A stretch of DNA of 63,567 bases, filler included, from Octopus bimaculoides (lineage: Eukaryota), in NCBI RefSeq assembly GCF_001194135.2. It is 7 parts of 7 records of this genome, joined end to end, with 100 filler letters (N's around TTAATTAATTAA, not from the genome) between each part and the next. Parts side by side here need not be neighbours in the genome. Positions count along the whole stretch, not along the records: positions 1 to 14,851 come from NC_068996.1; positions 14,952 to 21,851 come from NC_068984.1; positions 21,952 to 40,367 come from NC_068986.1; 4 more parts are not named here. One strand, written 5' to 3'. The notes beneath the pieces are model-generated. The model was not told the DNA's origin. It saw nothing but the letters and a program-made list of their open reading frames with translations, and ran no database searches. This document shows positions 12,738-25,724 of the stretch, one piece after another (the stretch's first letter is position 1; each line of letters starts with the position of its first letter). The position numbers were made by a program, and so were the translations under genes.

Positions 12738-13400
12738 GTAAGTGTGTGTGTGTGTGTGTGAGTATAAATGTATGTATATACAAATATACATATATATATT
12801 AAAGATTTGTAGGTGGTACTTCGTTATAAAAACACTATATTCTATGAGGTATATTAAATGTTTTTATAAGTCAGTTTCACTTTCTACTGCGTTAGCAGTG
12901 CCAGAACGTGATACTGACTTATAATAATATTTAGTATACCTCACAGTATATTGTGTTTGCATAACGAAGTACAACGCACCTACAACCCTTTAATGTTTAC
13001 ATAGTAGTTCAAGGAAGGCGTCTAACATGTAAATTAGTATATCCAATAACTTAACACAGCTCTATGAAGTAGCTATATAAGCGATGTGTTCGGAGGCAAG
13101 AGTGGGTTAGATGTGTGCTGATGAAGGGGAACAGCTCCCCAGAGATATGGCATATACACTCATTACCCACTTTTGTCTCTGATCTCATTGCTTGTTTATA
13201 TCTGACATTGTAGCAAAAATCAGTGCTGGCTATAGATTCTATAGAAAATCTGTAGAAATAATCGTAACAAAAATAGTACATATATATACCAGAGTAAGCA
13301 TGAATGTGAAGCATTTCACAGAAATGTGAAAGGAGGTGGGAAAAATAAGTACTCGAATACCTGAGATAGAGTAATATATTGATAGAATAATATCTATCTA

Positions 13401-13455
<55 letters not shown>

Positions 13456-14164
13456 TAAGGGGTGACAAGATTAAAAGAAGCAATTCTGACACTTACAATA
13501 AAGTGCTGAAAGATAAGTCTGAGAACGAAAATATCATTGAATCCATAGTCGGTAGTCCGACGAAATGTACTTTGTAAGACTAACGAATACGGAGGTATGT
13601 GTGTTTGTGTTTCTCACCACTTGAGAGCTTATTTTAATTTGCTTACTTCAATGTTACTTGGTTCAATTGAATACATACCACTCTTAAATATGCGTATTAA
13701 CCTCCATATGATCGACTAAAGTTTTCGAGGTAGTGCTCCAGCATGGTCACAATCCAATGAGTGAAACCAGACAAAGAGTAAAAACCTAACCGAATTACTT
13801 TACATAGAAGACCTCAATTTAAATTTGAAGTTAAATCCTGGAGCTACACCAATAAATCATCAATAACTAGTTTTATCGAGATTTGAACGTCCACAAATCT
13901 ACTTTCATAACTGAATTTCGAAATAGCATAATTTAATTTATATCGAAATTACTTTTACTATTTCCCTAAAAATAAATTCCTTTATGCTAGTAATAAAAGA
14001 GAAAAATCGCCTTTCAATAGCATTTGCATAAACACGCGCGCGCTTCTGTGTATGAATATGCAAGCGCCATTTTGTGTGTGAGTGTGATGTTTACAAGAAG
14101 TTCAATGGCCTAACAAAGTACATCTTAATTCACCTGATCAAGGTGTTTGTTCCTGAAGAAAGCA

Positions 14165-14195
<31 letters not shown>

Positions 14196-14205
14196 GTGTG
14201 TGTGC

Positions 14206-14241
<36 letters not shown>

Positions 14242-14523
14242 GTATGTGTGTGTATGTACGTATATATGCATATATACATATGCTTTTATTCTTTTACTTG
14301 TTTGAGTAATTTGACGGTGCCCATGTTGGAGTACGGCCTTAAAGGGTTTAACACGGAAGACATGAANNNNNNNNNNNNNNNNNNNNNNNNNNNNNNNNNN
14401 NNNNNNNNNNNNNNNNNNNNNNNNNNNNNNNNNNNNNNNNNNNNNNNNNNNNNNNNNNNNNNNNNNNNNNNNNNNNNNNNNNNNNNNNNNNNNNNNNNNN
14501 NNNNNNNNATATATATATATATA

Positions 14524-14790
14524 AGGACACAGTACCACAATAGTCTAGATTTCAATGGTCTCCAATTGTTCAACATCCTTTCAGGCAACCTTATAGATTT
14601 ACATGGTGTTGATGTGGAAGTTTTCAAGGAAAGTTTGGACAGGTTTCTATCTGAGATACCAGATGAACCCACATCGCGGCAGAAGATGCAAAGAAGAGCA
14701 GCCCCGTCCAACATCGGAAACAACACCTAGTAACTACAGGTGAGGCACCAGCATGACCTCAGCCCTGAGCTGAAATCAAAAAGACATAAG
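14524..14790 (+). mobile_element. CR1/L2-like LINE 3' end, same family as 20290-20960
   Basis: QLFNILSGNLIDLHGVDVEVFKESLDRFLSEIPDEP is homologous to the C-terminal peptide of the 20.9-kb copy. Confidence 0.7.
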
Positions 14791-14851
14791 AGATTTATTA
14801 TATACTGCGGTTGTGTGATGTCTTGTTCAATATATATATATTATATATATA

Positions 14852-14951
14852 NNNNNNNNNNNNNNNNNNNNNNNNNNNNNNNNNNNNNNNNNNNNTTAAT
14901 TAATTAANNNNNNNNNNNNNNNNNNNNNNNNNNNNNNNNNNNNNNNNNNNN
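14852..14951. other. Artificial scaffold-joining spacer N44-TTAATTAATTAA-N44 (also 21852-21951, 40368-40467, 45735-45834, 53666-53765, 62095-62194)
   Basis: Six identical 100-bp structures. TTAATTAATTAA gives stop codons in all six frames. Confidence 0.97.
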
Positions 14952-14986
<35 letters not shown>

Positions 14987-15361
14987 GAAAAATACACATT
15001 GTGTGAAGAACATCACCAAAGAGTGAAAAATACGTAAACACACGAGAAAAAAATACAGGACAAAATACCAAAAGTAGATAACTCTTCATCAGTTGTCGAA
15101 CTGTTTATTACACTTATTTCATGCTTTTAACGACAATATTGGGAACTTCATAAGACAGCTACATCCAGAAATTTTTAATATATATAATTTATTACGAGTT
15201 AGAGCTTCGAACGAACAAACAATGATAGAGTGGACGTACAGAGTAAACAATCGACGAAAACAAACATTAAAAACCGTTAGGACAGGGTGAATTGTCATGA
15301 GTAACGCTTGGAAGAAATTTTTTCAAAGAAATAGAATAATTAGAATAATTGCATGTGTGTG

Positions 15362-15580
15362 TATGGGGGCGCTGAAAAGTTCTTGGCGTTGGATAAAAGA
15401 AAATACAGGAAAATCAGCTAGTTATGATTTTATTTAACATATCCCCCCTCTCAGATTCCCACTCTTATTATAGCGGTCCTTCAGATTTTCTAAGCCTTGT
15501 AAAAGAACTCGAAAGTTGGGCTTCTAACTCGGCCTTTCGTGATACCCATAACGCCAGGAACTTCTCAGCATCTCCTCGTA
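15362..15580. mobile_element. Mariner-derived MITE, second full copy
   Basis: TIRs TATGGGGGCGCTGAAAAGTTCTTGGCGTT and rc TACGAGGAGATGCTGAGAAGTTCCTGGCGTT. Confidence 0.82.
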
Positions 15581-16164
15581 GATGCTTCGATCTATCATTG
15601 AACAAGCACCAAGTTTTGCATTACATTATATTTCTCCTAGACAGCGGTTCGCTCAAGAAGTGGTCTTATAGCCTCATTTCTATCTCAAGCGTTTTCTATG
15701 TTATGATCTGTTGATGGATTGATTCGATACTGGGTTCACCCTTCCCTTTTAAAGAGTCTTGTTTAAAGCCCCGCTGGGTTTCAAGCAACTGTCTTCGTTA
15801 GACCATTTCGGGAGTGAGCTGGATTAGTCACTTACGGCCCAACTGTAAAATAGGTTGTGTCTCTTTAAGAAGTTTTGCTGAATTATAAATACATACTGTC
15901 ACATGCTGTCACATACTGCCACATGCACACGCATATATATATATATATATATANNNNNNNNNNNNNNNNNNNNNNNNNNNNNNNNNNNNNNNNNNNNNNN
16001 NNNNNNNNNNNNNNNNNNNNNNNNNNNNNNNNNNNNNNNNNNNNNNNNNNNNNNNNNNNNNNNNNNNNNNNNNNNNNNNNNNNNNNNNNNNNNNNNNNNN
16101 NNNNNNNNNNNNNNNNNNNNNNNNNNNNNNNNNNNNNNNNNNNNNNNNNNNNNNACATAGATAT

Positions 16165-16200
<36 letters not shown>

Positions 16201-18191
16201 GTCAAGATGCATTATCAATTATTTATTTAGCTTATGTGCGTTTCGAATAGCTTGGACAACGCAAGAGCTGCACATTGTAGTATGCATATTAATCGATCCT
16301 TCATGAGAGAGACTAAACTGCAATAGAAACAACATTTTGTTGCCAAAACTGGAAATGTATCTCTTAAATTTAGTATACATTGGGATAATGTGGAAGGGTT
16401 TACACCGATAAACTCAAGATCACTATCTCCATTATATTGACCTGTATACGTGTCATAGGTAAGAGAAGGCACTTTCATCAGATTTTCTTAGTTTTCTGTA
16501 CTATATTTTGTGATTAATACACCGAATTTATTTGGCTTCGACCTCGGATTTACAACTCGTACTTGTCACAGGAAATGGATAGCTAGATATATGGACTGCC
16601 GTAATAATAACTGGACAAATTAGTTTTCTGGGTTCCATTTCTATAGAGTGCTTAAAGAGGTATTCACCTGGATTTATTTCATCCTTACACATTTTAATAA
16701 ATACAAATAACGTAAGAGATTATAAAAAGTTTCCATGTCTGATACCGAATATAAGAAGTATTAAATAAATAAATTTTAAAAAAAACAGCTTTCAAACTTC
16801 ACCTCCTTTAACACATACGTTAAAAATTATAAATAGCGACAAACTATTTTCCGGAACGATGATCTACTAGAGACAAATATGCTGACCAACAACCTTGAAC
16901 CTTACCTACATACTCTCGTGAACATTAAAATATTTGTTCTCCATACTAATATCACTGTGACATACTTAAGTGATAACCAGCACTCTCTAAATATAAATAG
17001 GCAAAAAATCATCATTATTACCAACATGCAACCCAAATAATCTTCACCTACATTCTTTTGTGAACCCTTAACGTTAACATACCAAGAAAATAAACCTAAC
17101 TACTAAGATTAAAGCACTGGATTGAACTCTAGGAATTAACCATCACATTCTCAAAACAGAAGGTAGACATCCTATTAACAACTAAATAAAACCAACAACC
17201 AAAGGATGTGATAGATCTGTTGACTAACAATCTTACTACATTCTTTTGTGAAATCCTTTGACCTGAAGATGACACGCCTAAACATACACACCTAATGGCA
17301 AAGCTATATATACATGAATAAATTATAACCATTAGCACTTCCCTTAATTTAATCAATAACAATTCTCCATACCATCATACCACCACAGCCCAACACGTCA
17401 CATAATTAACAGAACTCAAGTTACCCTAGACAATTTCAACTTAACGGAGATTATATGAAGCCAAGATGAACTTTATAGTTCGATGATGGGTTAGCTGGCC
17501 GAATCTTTGAAGTCACAGTCAATACTATTCCTGCTAAAGAATAATAAAACTGTACTCTAACAAATGTACTGAGTAATGCTTCAATTTAATGTAAATATAT
17601 TTTTATTATAGCATAAAAACAAACTTTCACACACACACACACACACACGCATACACACACACATACATATATATATATATATTTATATATATACACATGT
17701 GCTTCTTTTTATGCTACATTATACGAAAAATACATTACCCTAATTTTTACCAGCAAAAGGTTGAAAGTGACTTCGAGATTTTAGCTTCCACGCAGTCACC
17801 AGACTGCAAGCCGAAACTTCGAAATTCCTCTAAAAGTGTTCTTTTTAAATACGCGCGCACGCACACACAATCATATATATATATATATATATATANNNNN
17901 NNNNNNNNNNNNNNNNNNNNNNNNNNNNNNNNNNNNNNNNNNNNNNNNNNNNNNNNNNNNNNNNNNNNNNNNNNNNNNNNNNNNNNNNNNNNNNNNNNNN
18001 NNNNNNNNNNNNNNNNNNNNNNNNNNNNNNNNNNNNNNNNNNNNNNNNNNNNNNNNNNNNNNNNNNNNNNNNNNNNNNNNNNNNNNNNNNNNNNNNNNNN
18101 NNNNNNNNNNNNNNNNNNNNNNNNNNNNNNNNNNNNNNNNNNNNNNNNNNNNNNNNNNNNNNNNNNNNNNNNNNNNNNNNNNNNNNNNNNN

Positions 18192-18391
18192 NTTCCTAAC
18201 GCCAACCACTTAGAGAGTGTAGTGGATGCTTTTACGTGTCACCCGCACGAAGGCCAGTCAGGCGGTACTGGCAACGGCCACGCTCAAAATGGTGCATTTT
18301 ATGTACCACCCGCACAAGAGCCAGTCCAGGGTCACTGGCAACGATCTCGCTCGAAAATCCTACGAAGGCCAGTCAGGCGGTACTGGCAACG
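18192..18391 (-). mobile_element. Retroposon family G fragment with internal ~35-bp subrepeats
   Basis: ttcctaacgccaaccac is the reverse complement of the G motif. cgaaggccagtcaggcggtactggcaacg occurs twice, with a third variant between them. Confidence 0.65.
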
Positions 18392-19000
18392 TTCGTAGGA
18401 TTTTCGAGCGATATATATATATATATATGCATGTATATGAACATACAATGCATACATACATGACACACATGCACACATGCATATATATGTGTGTCAATGG
18501 CCTAAGTAACAACCACATGCTGGGGCGTATTCAATCACAACATATGTAACCTGCAAATATCTGACATAGTGACTTTACGTTGCTTCAATTGTAATACCGC
18601 ACAGATGTTCACCCGCACAAAACGCTCACGAACGCCCCCATATATGGATATTTATATACATATAAATATGTGCACAGATGCACATACATACGGGTGTGTG
18701 CATGCGTGAGTGTGTGGGTATGTTTGAGTGTGTGTGTGCGTTTGTGTGTATGCGTGAATGTGAGTATATGTGATTGTCTTTAGTACACATGTTCATTTAT
18801 AGTTATACAGATGAACAAGTGTGCGTCCGTGCGTGTGTGTGTGCCTGTATGTGTATATATATTATGCAGTTTATGAGTAAATAGTTCCCTTGATCGATAC
18901 TTAAAGTTACATAAATCACGTGACTAATCGTTTAGATGACGGAGTAATATACGTATTAAACTGTATGCAATTGTGTGAGTGTACACAGACAGATACACAC

Positions 19001-19039
<39 letters not shown>

Positions 19040-19224
19040 CATAGACAGATGGAGTAGAGAGAGAGTATATCACAGAGTTATGATGAAGTTTTTACCCAAC
19101 ATTGGAGTCCGCTGTCAGCTACTGCAGCGGACTGTTTCCTTCACAAATACTTATAATACGTGTGATTAACAAAATTTACTCAAGACTATCTTGAATATTG
19201 CTGCCTACAATGGGTCTCCTACAC

Positions 19225-19645
19225 AAAAAAAAAAGTATTATGAGTTGTGAAAGACCCAATAATTCGAATACAAAAAAGGAATAAATAGCGTGAGAGGCCT
19301 CGACTATTGAGATCACTTCAGAAACCTCAAACTCTGTTCTCTCAAAAACTGTTATCAGCAAGTCATTGGACAGCAGCCTTGTTGGGGCACTGCTTTGAAG
19401 GGTTTTACCTATTCGTAAGAGCCTCTTTTGCCGAAACGTTATGTTACGGAGGACGTAAACACACCAACACACACACACACACATTCACACTCACACACAC
19501 ACACATATATATACGACGGACGTCTTTCAGTTTCCATCTATAAATCCACTCACAAAGCTTTGGTCAGCTCGAAGCTACAGTAGAAAACAATTATTCAAAG
19601 TACTATGCAGTGGGATTGAACCTGGAACCATGTGTTAGGAACCAA
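19225..19645 (-). mobile_element. SINE family A, diverged full copy with internal (CA)n
   Basis: Reverse-complement homology to both tail and head modules. Confidence 0.75.
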
Positions 19646-20165
19646 ACATCTTCCACGTCTGCGTCTCTCTCTCTATCTCACTCTTTCTCACACACTCGCA
19701 CGCGCGCACACACACACACTATATATATATATATATACATATATATAATGGATATACATATAATTTTTATATATGTGTACATATATTTGTAAGTTATATT
19801 TACACATTTGTATACATTTTAGATATAGATATGTATATCATTTATCTATGCGGTTGTATATATACATAGGTGTGTGTGTGTGTTTATTTGTTTATGTGTG
19901 TATGTGTGTATGTTAATAATAATTGAAAAATAAGTAAGGAGGTAGACTTAGCTTTTTTTTCCTTTTTTTTAATACGTACATATAAAGGATCGAAGGAATC
20001 AAACTTTATCACACAAAGACTGAATTGATTCACTAGTACCAGACAACACAAAATACAAGATAAGCAATATCCTACCGTTTCCTTAGGGAAAGTCCAGGTT
20101 TTATGTATCTGAATATGTATATATATACACACACATATCTGCATGCATATATATCCATATATATA

Positions 20166-20207
<42 letters not shown>

Positions 20208-20289
20208 CTATACTAATGCAAGCAGTCAAGAATCTTGTTTATACTAGTCTTCTATACAATGAAGAAAGCAATATGGTATCTAATGCAGG

Positions 20290-20960
20290 AAAATTTCAAG
20301 TCTTCGATATCAGCCACAAAGATATTTCGGACCAGAAAAAATGGCAATCTAGACATGAAGATTCATAAGAGCAACAATGCTTCATTTCGTATAGATATCA
20401 CTAAGATGGTAGCTATATGCAGGCGACAGGCTTGATCTTTCAAAACAAGGAGAAGAAAAAAACTATGCTGGTCCTATGCAGGACATTTGCCCTCAGCTGT
20501 CCGGACTATTGTTCTCAACTTTGGACATCCCACAGTGTCAATCCAACGATGTTACACCAAGATTTCACCAGTGAAACCTTTGAACTATAGGAAGCGACTG
20601 AAAGAATTACAACTCTACATCCTGGACACAAGACAAGGAAGATATGCTCTGTGATATACATACGAATGATCCATGGGAGGCTGGCACAAATCTTCGGTAT
20701 CGAGAGTTAAACCATCCCTGAATAGGACGCCACTACAATGTTCCAAAGTTCCCAATCGCCATCTCTAGAGTAGAGACAAATTAAATACAGTTACTAGGGA
20801 TTCAAGGGACACCAATTGTTTAATATCTTGCAAGAAAAATTGAAGGATTTACATAGGTACGTGTCGATGTTTTCAAGAATCGCCTTGACTTTCTTCTGGC
20901 CTAGATCCCAGATGAGTCAATAAACATAACAAGAATCTCAAATGAGGGCAGCAATATGAA
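20290..20960 (+). mobile_element. CR1/L2-like LINE, decayed 3' portion of ORF2
   Basis: Peptide relics ITKMVAICRRQ, DYCSQLW, LNYRKRLKELQLY, QLFNIL, DVFKNRLD..L..IPDE across frameshifts. Confidence 0.75.
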
Positions 20961-21812
20961 ACTCATCAAAAGTCACGTTAACACAAAAATATGCTAAGAG
21001 AAATAACGCTCAGTGGCCAGAGGGTTTTATTTGAGCAACATATATGAATAAGTTTATGATAAATAACATACAAGGTAACTTTTTTAATTTATTGATATCA
21101 TCCCCGCTTGGAAAGAGAGAATACTTCTATAGTTCAGCACCAAATGAAGAAGGGAGATAATCTCATGAATCAATTTGATATGCCATTAAGGAAAAAATAG
21201 TATGATTATCTGGAGACAAGAACAATATAGTGATATGTGTTTCTGCCTCAAGACGTGTCATCAGCACAGCAATTGTCTTACTTTATCTTCAGTGGAGATA
21301 GTATCAAAAGAAAAGAGTAAAACACATTCATGGACAAGCTAGTTTGCATAAAGGAAATAACTCAGAGTAGCCAGTGGTATGAATCTGAGCAACAGCGATC
21401 GGTACGGGTATGTATATTCTAACATACCACCGCGGCCAACATTCCCATCATCGTGACGGGCGCATTTGATAACAAATATGCCCACCCTGATCATCTGTTT
21501 GTCTGTCAGATTGTATGTGTGCTGTGGGTATTTGTGTATTTGTGTATATATCTGTCTGTACATGTGGATGTGCCTCTGTGTGTGATAGGCGAATGTGAAA
21601 GATTCAACGCTTCATCTATACACTAGAAATGTGTGTATGGGCGCGTTGTTTTTATGCGGTCTATCATTGTATTTTGGAAGAACAAAACACTATAGGCGAC
21701 TTGGTCGGACAGTCATACAACAAAGGGCTACGTTTACATAATTCTTCTGCAGCGACACTTCACATACATACATACATATGTATGTATGTATATATATGTA
21801 TGTATATGTATG

Positions 21813-21851
<39 letters not shown>

Positions 21852-21989
21852 NNNNNNNNNNNNNNNNNNNNNNNNNNNNNNNNNNNNNNNNNNNNTTAAT
21901 TAATTAANNNNNNNNNNNNNNNNNNNNNNNNNNNNNNNNNNNNNNNNNNNNGCTTCGAACGAATAAAGAAATTCTACTATAAGTGTGTA

Positions 21990-22060
21990 AATGCGTGTGT
22001 GTGCGTGCGTGCGTGCGTGCGTGCACCAGTTGCCAAGCGGTGATTGTGGGACAAACACAG

Positions 22061-22103
<43 letters not shown>

Positions 22104-22109
22104 TGCACG

Positions 22110-22147
<38 letters not shown>

Positions 22148-22335
22148 AACACACACACACGTGTATATGTATATATGGCGAGCTTCTTTAAGTTTCCGTC
22201 TACCAAATCCACACACAAGGCTTTGGTCGGCCCGACAGTATAGTAGAAGAAACATGCTCCAGGTGCTACGTAGTGGGACTGAACCCGGAACTATGTGATT
22301 GGGCAACAAGCTTCTTACCACACAGCCACGCCTGC
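21990..22335 (-). mobile_element. SINE family A, head plus internal microsatellite
   Basis: agtttccgtctaccaaatcc...gggactgaacccggaac...cacacagccacgcctgcgc. Confidence 0.82.
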
Positions 22336-22817
22336 GCATGTTTTCTTTCTTTTCTTTTTTTTTTGCTTTGTTTGTTTATTTTATTTTATTTTATTTTATT
22401 TATTTTTTTTTTTTTTGTCAACACGGAAATTAATTCCGATGCATTTACGGAAAAGAGACACTAGACAATAACACACGTCCCACAAACAAGCACTCAGATA
22501 TACATACGAAAGTAGATACACACACACATACACACACACATACATGCATACATACATACATATATACATACATGCATATGAATAGAAGGCTTAGGATACA
22601 TAGGCAACACACATATATAACAATCAAATACATATACATCAAATAGCGAATGCGTGCAAAAAAAAACACCACAAAGCATACAAAAGAACGGACACACATT
22701 CTTACATATAGACATAATGCGCAGATTCATTCACTAGATCAATGCATATGAACCGTAGAGATCTACCCGGAGCGCCCGCGTACAAATGAACACACACACA
22801 AACGAATTCTGGAACAT

Positions 22818-22857
<40 letters not shown>

Positions 22858-23198
22858 CCATGCAAATAAAAAACTAAGACAAGGCACAAACATATACGCA
22901 TAAATGTATAGTATGAATATAATAGTGAATGAACATTGAGCTCCGTTATACCCTGCGAAAGAAAAGGAAGTAAAATTTTGAAGACAGGAAATGAAAAACC
23001 GAAACGGATACAACAATATATACTTAGATCGATATGCAAGCTATTGAAGTGGGATTAACGCTAGAAAAAAAAAACTGCGACGATAGTGCAGGACGAGCAA
23101 TTATTCGCCCACGTCGCATCGAATCAACATAAGTTTAGCTATCGTAAATATTCACAAATTTTATTTCTTGCAAGAATATTATATTTTCCGTAAAATAT

Positions 23199-23530
23199 GG
23201 AGTGGCTGTGTGGTAAGTAGCTTGCTGACGAACCACATGGTTCCGGGTTCAGTCCCACTGCGTGGCACCTTGGGCAAGTGTCTTCTACTGTAGCCTCGGG
23301 TCGACCAAAGCCTTGTGAGTGGATTTGGTAGACGGAAACTGAAAGAAGTCTGTCGTACATATGTACAACCGATGCTGGTGTGTTTACGTCCCCGTAACTT
23401 AGCGGTTCGGCAAAAGAGACCGCTAGAAGAAGTACTAGGCTTACAAAGAATAAGTCCTGGGGTCCACTTGCTCGACTAAAGGCGGTGCTCCAGCATGGCC
23501 ACAGTCAAATGACTGAAACAAGTAAAAGAG
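23199..23530 (+). mobile_element. SINE family A, full length, without the internal microsatellite
   Basis: tRNA-like head (GGAGTGGCTGTGTGGT...GGTTCAGTCCC), CORE-like accttgggcaagtg, body ggatttggtagacggaaactgaaagaag, tail ...ccagcatggccacagtcaaatgactgaaacaagtaaaaga. Confidence 0.88.
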
Positions 23531-23604
23531 TAAAGAGAGAGAGAGAGAGATGTATGAATTGTCCTCTTTTTTTTTTATTCATTTTTTGATTATTTAAAAA
23601 AAAT

Positions 23605-23872
23605 TCTTTTATTTGTTTCACTCACTTCACTGCGACCATGCTGGGACACCGCCTTGAAGGGATTTTATTTGAACAAACCTACCCCTGAACTTCCTTCTGT
23701 TTTTTTAAGCCTTTTACTTATTTTATCGGTATCTTTTACTGAACTTCTTTCTTTTTTTAAGTCTTTTACTTATTTTATCGGCATCTTTTTCTGAAACGCT
23801 ATGTTACGGAAACGTAAGTACACCAACACAGGTTATCAAGCGGTTGGTGGGGACAAACACAGACACGAAGAC
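23605..23872 (-). mobile_element. SINE family A tail with an internal ~55-bp tandem duplication
   Basis: Reverse complement of the tail module. The segment aagcc/aagtcttttacttattttatcgg(t/c)atctttt is repeated. Confidence 0.75.
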
Positions 23873-25724
23873 NNNNNNNNNNNNNNNNNNNNNNNNNNNN
23901 NNNNNNNNNNNNNNNNNNNNNNNNNNNNNNNNNNNNNNNNNNNNNNNNNNNNNNNNNNNNNNNNNNNNNNNNNNNNNNNNNNNNNNNNNNNNNNNNNNNN
24001 NNNNNNNNNNNNNNNNNNNNNNNNNNNNNNNNNNNNNNNNNNNNNNNNNNNNNNNNNNNNNNNNNNNNNNNNNNNNNNNNNNNNNNNNNNNNNNNNNNNN
24101 NNNNNNNNNNNNNNNNNNNNNNNNNNNNNNNNNNNNNNNNNNNNNNNNNNNNNNNNNNNNNNNNNNNNNNNNNNNNNNNNNNNNNNNNNNNNNNNNNNNN
24201 NNNNNNNNNNNNNNNNNNNNNNNNNNNNNNNNNNNNNNNNNNNNNNNNNNNNNNNNNNNNNNNNNNNNNNNNNNNNNNNNNNNNNNNNCCCCACCCTCTC
24301 TCTCCCCACCCTCTCTCTCTCTTTTGATATGGTTTACGTGAGTATTGACTTCTGGTGGTAAGATTATTCTCTTTCTGGAATGGAAGGACCGGTCAAACCA
24401 CGGCTAACTACGATATGAAAAACACAAGGTGAAAATCTGTAATCCTCTATTTTGATTACAACACGATTTGTTTTGAACGTCTGTTGTTAGGTAAAAGAAG
24501 AAGCACATATATCACAAACATCACTGAAAAGGCTAGAATCACAAGCATCATTGAAATGACCTAGGAGACATTCGCGGTTATAAACGATTACTGCTGCTAT
24601 GGACAATTTCACAGGAAGGTTGGAAACAGTTGAGATTATTCTCATTCTGAACGCAAATTTAATTTCAAATCTTATAATTCTGCTTGTTCCTCCGTTACTT
24701 AGCCCGTCCGTAACATTTCCACATGATTAGTGGAAGGGAAGAGGGGAGGGAGATGTGGTGGTGAGTGAAATGTGTAATTTTTTGTAACTAAGTTTTTCTC
24801 CGCCATTACTTAGCCCATCTGTAACGCTTTCTCATGATTAGCTAAAGAGAAAAGTGAAGAGCGAAAGAAAAAAGAGAGAGAAAAAGAGGGTAAGGTGAAG
24901 AGTGGGAGAGAAGGAGGTAGAGTGCTGTGTATTAAGTCTATAAAATTGTTCATAAAGTATATAAAGTGTATATATAAAGTGCATTAAGTAATCATCATAT
25001 TCCAATTTCCTTCACTTTTCAATGATTAGCAGATGAGCAACTGCCTTTTGATACAGACACAATACAGGCTACGCGATCAGGTTTTTATGGATAAAGTTTT
25101 CAGAAACATCCTAATAAGTTTACCATTAATTCGGTGAAATATCCACGGGTCCCGCTAATTTAAATTAATTCTACTACTCTCTCTCTCTCCCTCTCTATCT
25201 CTCTCTCTTTCTCTCTCTTGCTTTCATTCTCTGCCCTCTCTCTCTCTTTTTCTCATTAGCCCTCTACAAAACTAACAAACTGATAAAAAAAATTTCCTAT
25301 TGGAACGTTTTTGTACAACTAGCTTCACTTACTATTAACCTAATTATTTTCTCTTTTCATCACAAAATAATAAAATTACGAAGTTCTCAATTTCCACGCG
25401 ATCTGATGAGATTCAAATACATCGAAATAGCTGTATATGAACATTAAATATGGATTTAAGGAATCCATAACTGAAACGACAACAAAAAAAGATGAATATA
25501 TAATTCATATAATATATAATATAACACGAAATGTATGTGTGAGTGTGTGAATGTGTGTGAAAGTGTGTTTATATGTACATATGTGTACTGAGTGCGAGTG
25601 ACATTTAAGGACATAATGGGTAATTTAACATAACACTAATCTAGCAAAAAAACAAATTTATTTTAATGAAAATTTGTGCTTGTGTTCTCGATAAGCTTTC
25701 TTATCACATTACCATGTGATTTCA

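Noticed and set aside
13460-13573. Open frame GDKIKRSNSDTYNKVLKDK... ending at a gtaaga donor
   Set aside because: The acceptor has no polypyrimidine tract (only (TA)n), and there is no recognisable homology.
16780-17450. Possible mitochondrial insertion (NUMT), suggested by A/C skew
   Set aside because: Translation with the invertebrate mitochondrial code gave no recognisable cox, nad, cytb or atp motif.
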